A DNA stretch of 64,000 nt from Eledone cirrhosa (lineage: Eukaryota). The stretch lies in assembly GCA_964016885.1 (NCBI GenBank), contig OZ024746.1, positions 95,108,001 through 95,172,000 on the forward strand, written 5' to 3'. Below, piece after piece: positions 25,405 to 37,384 of the stretch. The position numbers and the translations under genes were made by a program. The notes under the pieces were generated by a model. It did no database searches and was not told the origin of the DNA. It saw only the letters and a program-made list of their open reading frames with translations. The stretch's first letter is position 1; the number at the start of each line of letters is the position of its first letter.

Positions 25405-25566
25405 GGGCACAAGACCAGCAATTATCCCAGTGTATTACTGGTACTTTATTTTATCGACCCCGTAAGGATGAAAGGCAAACTTAACTTCGGTGGGATTTGA
25501 ACTCAGAGGCCGTAAATCATTGTTGCAAAGCATGGCGTCCGACCCTCTACCGATACTGCCAATCCA
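25405..25566 (-). mobile_element. SINE family A
   Basis: Reverse complement of family A. Confidence 0.88.
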
Positions 25567-25689
25567 CATGCGTATAAATTTCTCCCATTGACCATCTCGT
25601 CGGGGGGGCGGAGTTATATATTGATTGATAGGTGGGGTGTACATTATCTGACATGCCATTGACTACAGCCCTTCCAAATTATCTGGGGA

Positions 25690-25920
25690 TAAATAATGGT
25701 TTCTGATTTAGGCACAAGGCCAACAAATTTAGAGTAGGAGGAAAGTCGTTTAAATCGACCCCCAATGCGTTATTGGTACTTTATTTTATCGATCCCTCGT
25801 AAGGATGAAAGGAAAAGCTAACCTTGGTGGGATTTGAACTCAAGACGTAAAGGGACGTAACTATATGCTGCAAAGCATGTTGTCCGACTCTCTACCGATT
25901 GTGCCAATTCTCCGCCCTTC
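25690..25920 (-). mobile_element. SINE family A, full length
   Basis: Reverse complement of family A including the 5' agggcggagaattggc head. Confidence 0.88.
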
Positions 25921-26398
25921 TACCTGGGGCTTAATAATTACAACAATACTGACTTTAAGTACATTTGACTTGGTGCTGCAAGAGGATTCTCTATTTTCTC
26001 ATTAGTGGTGGGCACGGTAGGGTAAGGGGAGAATTTACTGAACTAATAAAATAAATAGAATTCATCTCAAACGGACATATTTCCATGTACGCAAACATAT
26101 ATGTCCGTATATTCGTATGTACAAATATGAAGTGAATACATACATACATCTATACATGGTGGCTGCCCCCTCGTTATCGAGTATGGCTATTGCACGAAAA
26201 AATAAAACATAATAACCATAACGACAATAATAATAATTCAATTCAATTCAATTCAATATATTTGGCAGAAATTAAAACATAGATGCTTCAGATGCCATGT
26301 AAGGAGGGGAGGGGAGAGGGGCAACATTTACACAGTCCGAAACACCAGTCCAATTTCGCCTTGAATTGTTGCGTGGTTGACGCGTTGACTACTTCTTC

Positions 26399-26429
<31 letters not shown>

Positions 26430-26431
<2 letters not shown>

Positions 26432-27395
26432 TTTCTTTATTGGCCACAAGGGCTGACATCAAGAAAAACATTACAGACGGTACATGACGGTACAGGACGG
26501 TACAGGACGGTACGATGTGGGTTTTGTGCGTGTAAATATTTTTTATTATTTATATAAGAAAAGAAAAAAAAAAAGGACATAGAAACATATATATATATAA
26601 ACAATAAAAATGAAAATTGAAACAATGAAAAATTCCTCAATAGGGGGAAACCTCCGAGGGTTACTCGTGGCGAAAACCACACAAAAGACTACGGCCACCC
26701 TGACCACCAGGGCAAGCGCCCTCTCTCAATTTTTCCATCTCTCAAACTACAGACGTATATTCAGAGCGGTCCCGTTCACTCGGACCATTCTCGCTACATT
26801 CACCCACCTTTCAACAAACTTGCTAGAAGGCGGCACTTCCTCTTCAAGTGAAACTTGAAAAAGTTAATTAGGGATACGCCGAAGAGGAAAGTGTCTGTCT
26901 TTAACCCTTTTAACCTTGTCCACCACACAATCTCTTTCGCCATGGCCACCAGGCAGATGAAAACCGCCTGCCCTTGCTCCTCGAAGGAAGACGGCGAGAC
27001 CATCTGCACAATGAACTCAGTCGATAACCGGATCAGTCCTACACGCGACAGCAACTGTTCGACATAGCTCCACAAGTCAGCAATGCTCGGGCACTGAACG
27101 AGTGCGTGCACGACGGTTTCGTCGCTCTGCGCGCATCTCGGACAGGCTCGGCTGACGGCACTTCCGTGCTTGTAGAACTTATCTCGAACCGGCAGCGCTC
27201 CCCGGTAGCACTGCCAGGCCAGAGATTTTTGGAAGTTATCCATAGGCCCTGGGCTGAAAGTTCTCCTCCGGAAGAGAGCAAACAGCTGATCTTCTTCGAC
27301 GCCCAGGATCTCTCCGATAACGTCGTCGCTCTTCCCCTCCACTAGTCCTCTATAGAACGCCGAGGTGGATGTTCCACCGATAGTGGTGCCCAGCA
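26430..27395 (-). mobile_element. Tx1/L1-clade LINE 3' fragment (zf-RVT domain) in an (AAT)n microsatellite
   Basis: ORF 26800-27396 contains LAWQCYRGALPVRDK...CPRCAQSDETVVHALVQCP (CCHC zf-RVT). (AAT)n lies on both flanks. Confidence 0.88.
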
Positions 27396-27413
27396 ATAAT
27401 AATAATAATAGTC

Positions 27414-27480
<67 letters not shown>

Positions 27481-27486
<6 letters not shown>

Positions 27487-27656
27487 TAACAGATTAAAGT
27501 TTAAGCAAAGAATCGCTGCTTTCACCCTTAACGATTCTTTGCTTAAACTTTAATCTGTTATTTTAATAAATATTTGCTCTACGGTTCTTATATATTTGAT
27601 ATATATTTATCCTTATCGAGCCCTCTTTGAATTTTAGTCTTCAAATTTATTATTAT

Positions 27657-27661
<5 letters not shown>
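27481..27661 (+). repeat. (TA)n-embedded short repeat family, copy with perfect 35-bp fold-back
   Basis: ttaaaataacagattaaagtttaagcaaagaatcg, 16-nt spacer, cgattctttgcttaaactttaatctgttattttaa. Confidence 0.85.
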
Positions 27662-27693
<32 letters not shown>

Positions 27694-28084
27694 TGAATAT
27701 AAGAGAGGGATGAACACCGATACAAGTATACATGTGTTCGAATTGTAAATGACCAAGTTAGCTAGGTTGAAAAACAATATGGTTTGCCTGTCTCGATTTA
27801 AAGTAATAAATCAATAAAAATAACAAACCTATATTCGGCAATAACCGTGATACCCGGACAAATTCTAAATCTGTTTCGCAACAATTATTAAGTGAAAGTC
27901 ACTATCCCTGTGCTCTTCTGCGGGTATCCAGGATATTCGTACCTTCCACTTCGAAAGACTTAAGAAGACTGAGAAATATGTGTTGTTGAACGCACATGTG
28001 TCACAGCGCCTAACGCGTCTCATACTCGTGCCGTTAAAAATAGCAGTCGGTTTTATGGGACTAAAATTAGCTCTACGTATGGAG

Positions 28085-28335
28085 TCTGGTAGTCAACCAT
28101 TGGTTTCACTTTATGACTGCGAAGATGACTTTCGAGTCCAGCTTTGCTGAGAGTCTCGCACAGACGCTGCATGTCAGCGCCATAGGAGGACCTTGGCCGT
28201 CCGGAAATGCAACAGCAATGCCCTTCCTCACATACCTCTTTACTTTCTCGTATGCGATTCGAGATGCCTCAAAGGCAACTTTCCCCTCATACACAGTCTT
28301 TCTCCATTTATTACGATCAGCAGCAATATTTTCCA
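28085..28335 (-). pseudogene. RTE LINE C-terminal fragment
   Basis: IAADRNKWRKTVYEG...FEASRIAYEKVKRYVRK...CSVCAR is homologous to the 19120-19512 segment. Confidence 0.75.
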
Positions 28336-28344
28336 TGTATCAGC

Positions 28345-28410
28345 GGAAATGTGGTAAGGAACCAGATGGACCATAACGTACCAAAGTACTTAATACTTAG
28401 GGTAGTAGAG

Positions 28411-28444
<34 letters not shown>

Positions 28445-28550
28445 AAAAAGTATGACCCCGACGGCAGAGCTCAAGCCGTTTCGACGGCTATTTCTGGACT
28501 CCAGAAATAGCCGTTTCGACGGCTCTGACGTCGGGGTCATACTTTTTCCT
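28345..28550 (-). mobile_element. Palindrome+tail element, copy 2 (tail separated from palindrome by (TA)n)
   Basis: Palindrome 28442-28550 with perfect outer arms aggaaaaagtatgaccccgacg / cgtcggggtcatactttttcct; tail in reverse complement at 28345-28413. Confidence 0.85.
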
Positions 28551-30238
<1,688 letters not shown>

Positions 30239-30427
30239 TGTATGTGTTGTGGATGTCTGAGTGGAAGACAAAAGTGCCAACTGGTGTCGGTAAAGGCGAG
30301 GAGATAACGGAGAGACAGTAGAGTCTACTGTTGTACTTGCAGTAATAGGGTTGTATAATAAATACCTTATCTTAAGAATACAAAGAGACTAGGGATAATG
30401 GTGCGCCATAGTGTAGGCACGCACAGA

Positions 30428-30868
30428 AATATATACATATATACACAAACATAGATACATATATACATACATATATACATATATACATACATACATTCAT
30501 ATATACAAATATACATTCATATATACATATATACATACATACATTCATATATACAAATATACATTCATATATACATATATACATACATACATTCATATAT
30601 GCAAATATACATTCATATATACATATATACACAAACATAGATATATATACATATATACATATATACATTCATATATACATATATACATTCATAGATACAT
30701 ATATACATACATATATACATATATACATTCATATATACATATATACATTCATATATACATACATATATACATACATTCATATATACATATATACATTCAT
30801 ATATACATACATACATTCATATATACATATATACATTGATATATACATACATATATTCATATATACAT
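30428..30868. repeat. ATATAC/ATTCAT compound microsatellite
   Basis: Directly visible. Confidence 0.95.
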
Positions 30869-31440
30869 GGTGGCTGCCAACTCGTTTTCGAGTACGGCCA
30901 CTACTTTATATCCATGTAGGAGAACCCCTACCGATGCACTGAACGAGTGTGACTTTTTAGTCCAGCCAGCGACTTGAAAACTCTGGTACAAACACTACAC
31001 TTGTGACAATTATTGACACGTAGTGCTGGGCCCATGGTACCATGTGACAAGTGCAGAGAGATCTCCAGATATAAAGCAATGCCTGTGCCGTGAAGCTTTT
31101 ATAGTGAGTAAAGGCACTGCACGAAGCCAGTCCCACTCTATTAACCAAGATGATAGTCAACATCATTGGATACCATCAGGGTTGCAGGTGTTATATCAGA
31201 GTTTTCCTTCTCCTAGAATTCTGCCTTGACAAAGGCTAAGGGGTCATCTCTCCCGACGATTTGGGATGGCCATTGACTCTTAAGAGCTCCTTTGCCCTTT
31301 GACAGGTTTTGTTTTTAGTCCTGCAGGATGTCCAAAGTCACCCTCCTCACCAAGAAACCTTGGTGGGGTTGCCAGTTTAGTCGCCAACGACCCGACCATG
31401 GGACAGGTTGTACTGGGATACATGTTACCAGTAGCACCAA
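30868..31440 (-). mobile_element. Non-autonomous RTE-associated element, copy 2
   Basis: Reverse complement of the 19598-20100 5' part and of the gagttggcagccaccatgta tail; flanked by TACA-type repeats. Confidence 0.75.
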
Positions 31441-31500
31441 TACATATACATACATACATACATACATACACACATACACACATACATACATACATACATA

Positions 31501-31568
<68 letters not shown>

Positions 31569-31573
31569 TGCGC

Positions 31574-31676
31574 AATAGGGTGAAGACCCTTAAAAGACGG
31601 GAAAAGAATTTGCCAACGTCTGGTACGAGGAATTGAACCCCATATTTTCCAGGTACCGGCAAGACGCTTTAACCTT
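31574..31676 (-). mobile_element. tRNA-like short element; inverted partner of 32431-32549
   Basis: Minus strand reads aaggttaaagcgtcttgccggtacctggaaaatatggggttcaattcctcgtaccagacgttggcaaattc (B-box ggttcaattcc). Confidence 0.65.
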
Positions 31677-31744
31677 CGTATATTCTATGTCTACACATGT
31701 CTGTCAGTCTCTCTGACTGCCTGCTCAAAGCTGTTCTCAAGTCA

Positions 31745-32038
31745 TCTATATATCTAAAACAGAGAATGTCTTCTGTCTGACTGCCTAAAACTCGAGAACC
31801 ACCCAACCGATTGTTTTCAAACTTTACACATGTAATACTTGTGGTCCTGTGGGTGCTTTGAGCAAAGAATATTTCAAATTTTCAATGCCCTAGGGACCGC
31901 CATTTAGCGATCTCTCTCTATAATTCTTAGTTTTTCTTTTTAGATAGATACATAGATATAAGGTTGCGCCCTTATAATATCTGTTTGGCTGTCTGCATTA
32001 CGACATTATGACGCTGTGTGTGTATATATGTATATATA

Positions 32039-32084
<46 letters not shown>

Positions 32085-32203
32085 TGTGTGTAACGTTTTT
32101 CGAAATATTTACTTCTGCGTTCACAGATTTTATTTTTTTTTAGTTTCAGAAGATCCCGTTAAGGGTGAAAGCAGCGATTCTTTGCTTAAACTTTAATCTG
32201 TTA

Positions 32204-32251
<48 letters not shown>

Positions 32252-32397
32252 TATATTCGTGTACAGATATTTTTGCATACACAATAACAAAATATAAACA
32301 AACGTATTTATTTCACGAGGCTCGATAAGAATAAATATATATCAAATATATAAGAACCCTAGAGCAAATCCCGAGTAACGCCGGACCATTCTGCTAG
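31745..32397 (+). mobile_element. Non-autonomous Helitron with both termini
   Basis: A^TC start at 31745; decayed 3' hairpin cccgagtaacgccgga, CTAG (32394-32397), then T. Confidence 0.8.
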
Positions 32398-32430
32398 TAT
32401 AGTTAAAATGAAGGGAAGAAGTTCATCATT

Positions 32431-32549
32431 GACTCCTTAGCTTAAAGGTTAAAGCATCTGGCCGGTATCTGGAAGGTATGACTTTCAACTCCTCATACCA
32501 GTCGTTGGCAAATTCTTTTCCCGTCTTTTAAGGATCTTCACCCTATTTT
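32431..32549 (+). mobile_element. tRNA-like short element
   Basis: A-box-like tagcttaaaggtt and a decayed B-box; body is an inverted copy of 31574-31676. Confidence 0.65.
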
Positions 32550-32588
32550 ATAAGCTATCTTTAAAGCATTTCTGAGCCTGAACACTTT

Positions 32589-32655
<67 letters not shown>

Positions 32656-32658
<3 letters not shown>

Positions 32659-32845
32659 AACCAGTAAGACCCCGACAGCTGAGCTCAAGCCGTTTCGACG
32701 GCTAATTCAGTCCAGAATTAGCCGTCGAAACGGCTTGAGCTCAGCTGTCGGGGTCTTACTGGTTCCTATTACCCACTCTACTACCTCAAGTATTGAGTAC
32801 TTTGGTGCGTTATGGTCCACCTGGTTCCTTACCACATTTCCTTCG

Positions 32846-32847
<2 letters not shown>
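32656..32847 (+). mobile_element. Palindrome+tail element, copy 3 (perfect 53-bp arms)
   Basis: Arms 32656-32708 and 32715-32767 are exact reverse complements with a 6-nt loop; conserved tail to ~32841; (TA)n on both sides. Confidence 0.9.
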
Positions 32848-32892
<45 letters not shown>

Positions 32893-33097
32893 CCAGCATG
32901 GCTGGAACAGGTAAAAGAATAAAAGAATATATATATATATATATCAACTAGAAATTGATTGACATATATATTTAAACTAAACATATGAAACAATCACAGG
33001 GGATAATTTGTAAAGTGTGTAATCACACGTAGCTAGGTAGGTAACTAATTAAAGTTTAACTAGAGCTTCAAATATCACCTTTTAAAAAATGATGAAT

Positions 33098-33186
33098 CCT
33101 CCTTGTATATATTTCATTAAAGAAATATATTTCACCAATATTCCGTAAAGTCACAGTAGTCAAATCTTGGATCTTCAGCAAGGAGG
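33098..33186 (-). ncRNA. Type-I hammerhead ribozyme candidate, extended stem II
   Basis: Minus strand: cctccttg CUGAAGA t ccaagatt...aatattgg...GAAA tata UA caaggagg; 8-bp perfect stem I. Confidence 0.6.
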
Positions 33187-33365
33187 AAGAAATAACTATC
33201 TGTGTTTACACATCAAATGCAAATTTGCGAGTGACCCGTCGCACGTGTTGCGATTCTAAAACTACTAACAACATGCTAGCGTCCTCCCATTGGCGTGAAT
33301 AGGATGGTCGACAGCTATAAATAGCAGCCGAGTCCTTTCAACCGATTTAGCTCTACAATTAAGGA

Positions 33366-33404
<39 letters not shown>

Positions 33405-34019
33405 CTTTTGCGAGGTTTTTAATATGAAATCGTGTGGAATAACAACAACACCCAAACAAACAACACTGACCTAAGAGAAGTATAAATAAATAAATTAATT
33501 AAATAAATAAATACATACACAAGCACAATAACAACAAACACATATAAACACACACTAGTAAACTAAGATAGAATACATTAACCAATACACAGTCACCCAA
33601 ACAAGAACACACATCAAACAAAACACTATACACACACGCAAACGCATGCGCAGAGAAGACAAAAAAAAATAAACAAATAAATAAATAAATAAATAAACAG
33701 ACTAAATAAAGATGACGTAGGCATACAATGCAACGGGAGGAAACATAATAGCACCACTGACGATGTTGCAGATGTGCAACGAAAGAACTTTGATAGACTA
33801 TATATATGTGTTTGTGTCTATATTGTATCTGTATTTTTGACCGTTGGTCAGTCAATGGTAATATTGAGGACCGAATAAATTAAATTAACCGATATAAAAG
33901 ACACAGAAGCGAAAACCAACCAAACAGTGAGTGTGTTCTGTTATTAATTCTGGCAATATTATTACACAAATATGACCCTCACCAAGTATAACAATATATA
34001 ATAATAATAATAATAATAT

Positions 34020-34965
34020 ATATATAAACAAATAGTAGAAAGGAAAAAGATTCTTTCAATAGAAAATGTTAAAGAGAATTTTTCAGAGAGATATGGAAAC
34101 ATTAATTTATCTACAATACCGGTTTTTGTCAATTGCGAATATGCAGAATATTATTAAGTTGCATATTTGTACAAATAGTGATAATAATAATAATTGTTTC
34201 GACTTTTGGCACAATGCCAGCAATTACTCAGTACATTACTGGTACTTTATTTTATCGATCGCGTAAGGATGAAAGGCAATGTTAACCTCGGCGGGATTTG
34301 AACTCAGATAATAAAGGGCCGTAACTCTATGCTGCAAAGCATGTCGTCCGACTCTCTACCGATATTGCCAATCCACCGTCATTTAATAATAATAATAAAA
34401 ATAAAAAGGGGAATAAAAATTAATTTTCACATACATGTTCATTCAGAGATGTCATTTCTCCATGTCTGCCCAACCCTGCTTCTAACTTGGTTGTGGCAGG
34501 TACCGAAGAGACACTGGCATCGAGTCCGGGCGCCGGCCTTTCAAACCAATCCCAGCTGGAACTTGTATCCACTCAGCAGCCTGCCAACACCCTCTTCCCT
34601 TCTCTTCTCTTCTTCCCTCCTACCTCTACCCTCTCCTTCTACCTGCCACAACCAAGCTACAAGCAGGGTAGGACAGACACAGAGAAATGACTTCTCTGAA
34701 AGAACATGTATGTGAAAATTAATTAATTTTTTTTTTCTTCCCCTTTTTATTTTATTTTCATTGCCTTCATCATAATTATTATTATTATCACTATTTGTAC
34801 AAATATGCAACTTAACAATATTCTGCATATCCGCAATTGACAATGCATTTAATGTTGAAACCGGTATTGTAAATAAATTGATGTGTTCATATCTCTCTGA
34901 AAAAATCTCTTCAACATTTTCTACTGAAAGAATCTTTTTCCTTTCTACTACTTGTTTTTATATAT
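34020..34965. mobile_element. ~940-bp fold-back (long inverted repeat) element, probably Penelope pLTR-derived, with SINE inserted in left arm
   Basis: 34027-34195 plus 34385-34502 is the reverse complement of ~34640-34960. SINE A (minus) occupies ~34190-34378. Confidence 0.85.
34833..34870 (+). ncRNA. Minimal hammerhead ribozyme, C3U/G8A core variant
   Basis: gcaa UUGACAA tgcatttaatgtt GAAA ccgg UA ttgt: stem I gcaa/ttgt, palindromic stem III CCGG. Confidence 0.6.
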
Positions 34966-34992
34966 ATCAACTCGTGTGTTACTTTTCTACAT

Positions 34993-35044
<52 letters not shown>

Positions 35045-35047
<3 letters not shown>

Positions 35048-35241
35048 ATAATAATAAATTTGAAGACTAAAATCCAAAGAGGGCTCAATAAGAATAAATA
35101 TATATCAACTATATCTGTCTTCCTCCGGTTGCAACGTTTTTTGAAATATTCACTTCTGCGTTCACAGATTAACTTTGTTAGTTTCAGAAGATCCCGTTAA
35201 GGGTGAAAGCAGCGATTCTCTGCTTAAACTTTAATCTGTTA

Positions 35242-35248
<7 letters not shown>
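35045..35248 (-). repeat. (TA)n-embedded short repeat family copy
   Basis: Reverse complement of 3022-3150 plus the 27610-27660 end. Confidence 0.8.
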
Positions 35249-35316
<68 letters not shown>

Positions 35317-35319
<3 letters not shown>

Positions 35320-35451
35320 AGTTGTAGCCGTAGTATAGCAGATACCAATCGAATTGTTTGAGGCAGTCACAAAAGTACTCAATGCTGTGAAAAGTTAATA
35401 CGTTTTCCTCCAACAGATTGGTATCTGCTCCACTGTGGCTACAACTTTGAT
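35317..35451. repeat. Short inverted-repeat (hairpin/MITE-like) element
   Basis: aagttgtagcc/ggctacaactt and agcagataccaatc/gattggtatctgct. Confidence 0.7.
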
Positions 35452-35864
35452 TGAGTTTGGTTTACCTTATTTACGTTCTTTATAATTTCCTGAGGATATG
35501 CAAGTTGTAGGTAATGTGTATGGTGTAGCGAATTGTTAACTAATAATTTCCAGTTCCCACGTCTCACTTCTATATGTCAGAACATATTCATTAAACAGTT
35601 TTCTTTTGATTTCGAAAAATGTTTTAAGAAGGCTGCGGTGGTAGGTAAGTAGTCAGGAGTGGGGGGTCGAGGTAACGAGTCCAGGTACGTCATGGTGTTA
35701 TGCTGTGTATGCAGATGGAGTGCATTTTATGGGTTTACCTTATTGATTCTGTCTGTGTGTGTGGTTGGTGTATCGTTGGTGGAAGTGCGTGTATGGTATG
35801 TACGGTTTCTTTTTGTTTTGTGTGTTTGTATGTGTGCGACCGTATATATATATTATATATATAT

Positions 35865-36048
35865 AGGAAAAGAATAAGGACCCCGACGACTGAGCTCCGG
35901 ACGTTTCGACAGCTAGCTCTAGCCGTCGAAACGGCTGGAGCTCAGCCGTCGGGGTCCTTACTCTTTTCCTATTACCCACTCTACAACCCTAAGTATTGAA
36001 CACTCTGGTGCGTTATGGTCCACCTGGTTCCTTACCACACTTTCTTTG

Positions 36049-36050
<2 letters not shown>
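35865..36050 (+). mobile_element. Palindrome+tail element, copy 4
   Basis: Arms aggaaaagaataaggaccccgacg... / ...cgtcggggtccttactcttttcct (to 35970) plus the conserved tail; (TA)n flanks. Confidence 0.88.
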
Positions 36051-36104
<54 letters not shown>

Positions 36105-36800
36105 ATGTGTGTATATAGTATGTATATATATATAGATATATATGTGTGTGTGTGTGTATATAGTATGTATATATTTATAGATATATATGTGTGTGTGTGT
36201 GTGTATATATGTATGTATATATATATAGATATATATGTGTGTGTGTGTGTATATATATATGTATGTATATATAGATATATATGTGTGTGCTGCGGTGTGT
36301 GCGTGTGTATAAACACGTACACATACATACATAATTAGTTTAACGGTTTAACGCTGGAGGGGGAAGAAAAATGAAAAGTGATCTACATTTCTAGCTCCTT
36401 CTTCAAAGGAAAGCAGGATCAAAGAGAGAAGAAAAGAAAAAAGAAAAGAGAACAGAGTCGTTTGGACAAATTATTCAGACTGTTGCTATTTTTGTGTTAT
36501 GCGCTTTTTCTATGTTTGTTCGGACTACGTGTGATATAACTCTTTTAGATTGATATCAGAACAGCATCTAATGGTATGGGATAGTTTATGTTTATATTGT
36601 TCTCACGTCTGTTTATTGTTTATACGTGGGTGTTTGAGTGTCGGGTGTGTCAATTTGTGATCTTAATGAAGTAATGGTTCTGTAGTGTTAGTTTATTGAT
36701 TGTCGTCTTTTATTTAATCTATTGCTTTCAAAACCAATGATCAATGTATGCAGACAGACATTTTGTTGTTGTTGTTTATTGTTTTTTTTGTTTTTAATAA

Positions 36801-37145
36801 ATACAATCTGTTCGCTTTTTACGCGAAGATACGTTCGTGAAAGCGGCGCGTAAAGCAAATTCGCGTAATTCAAATCTTTATTTCTGATAAATTTAAAAAA
36901 ATTAAAAACCACACGCGTTATAGCGCGTTATTCATGCAAAATGGATTGGCAGTATCAGTAGAGGGCGGTGGATTAGCAGTATCAATAGAGAGTTGGATGC
37001 TATGCTTTGCAGCATAGAGTTACGTCCCTTTACGGTCTGAGTTCAAATCCTGCCGCTGTTAACTTTGCCTTTCATCCTTTCGGGGTCGATAAAATAAAGT
37101 ACCAGTAATGCACTGGGAGTTCGCGTAAAAAGTGAACAGACTGTA
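36801..37145. mobile_element. Tc1/mariner-type MITE (family of 3533-3737) interrupted by a SINE A copy at ~36942-37116
   Basis: TIRs caatctgttcgctttttacgcgaa / ttcgcgtaaaaagtgaacagactg with TA flanks. Confidence 0.75.
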
Positions 37146-37384
37146 TATGTATTATGAAACCCTAATGGGCCTGTTCCGTCAATAAGGGTTTCTAATACAG
37201 GCACAAGACCAGCAATTTCTCGGCTTTCACTACACTGCATCGACATCACCTCACCTAGGTGCTAAAATAAGCTTATGTGTGGGTCAACGACCCGGCCTTT
37301 AAAAAACTGCATGCCACATTAATCTTGTGGCTAAAACCAGATTTCAGAGCTACGAATCGCATTATAAATTAATCTTAAATTATG

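Noticed and set aside
34505-34595. Minus-strand cugcuga...gaaa in the fold-back spacer
   Set aside because: Core A6 is substituted and stems are weak; not supportable.
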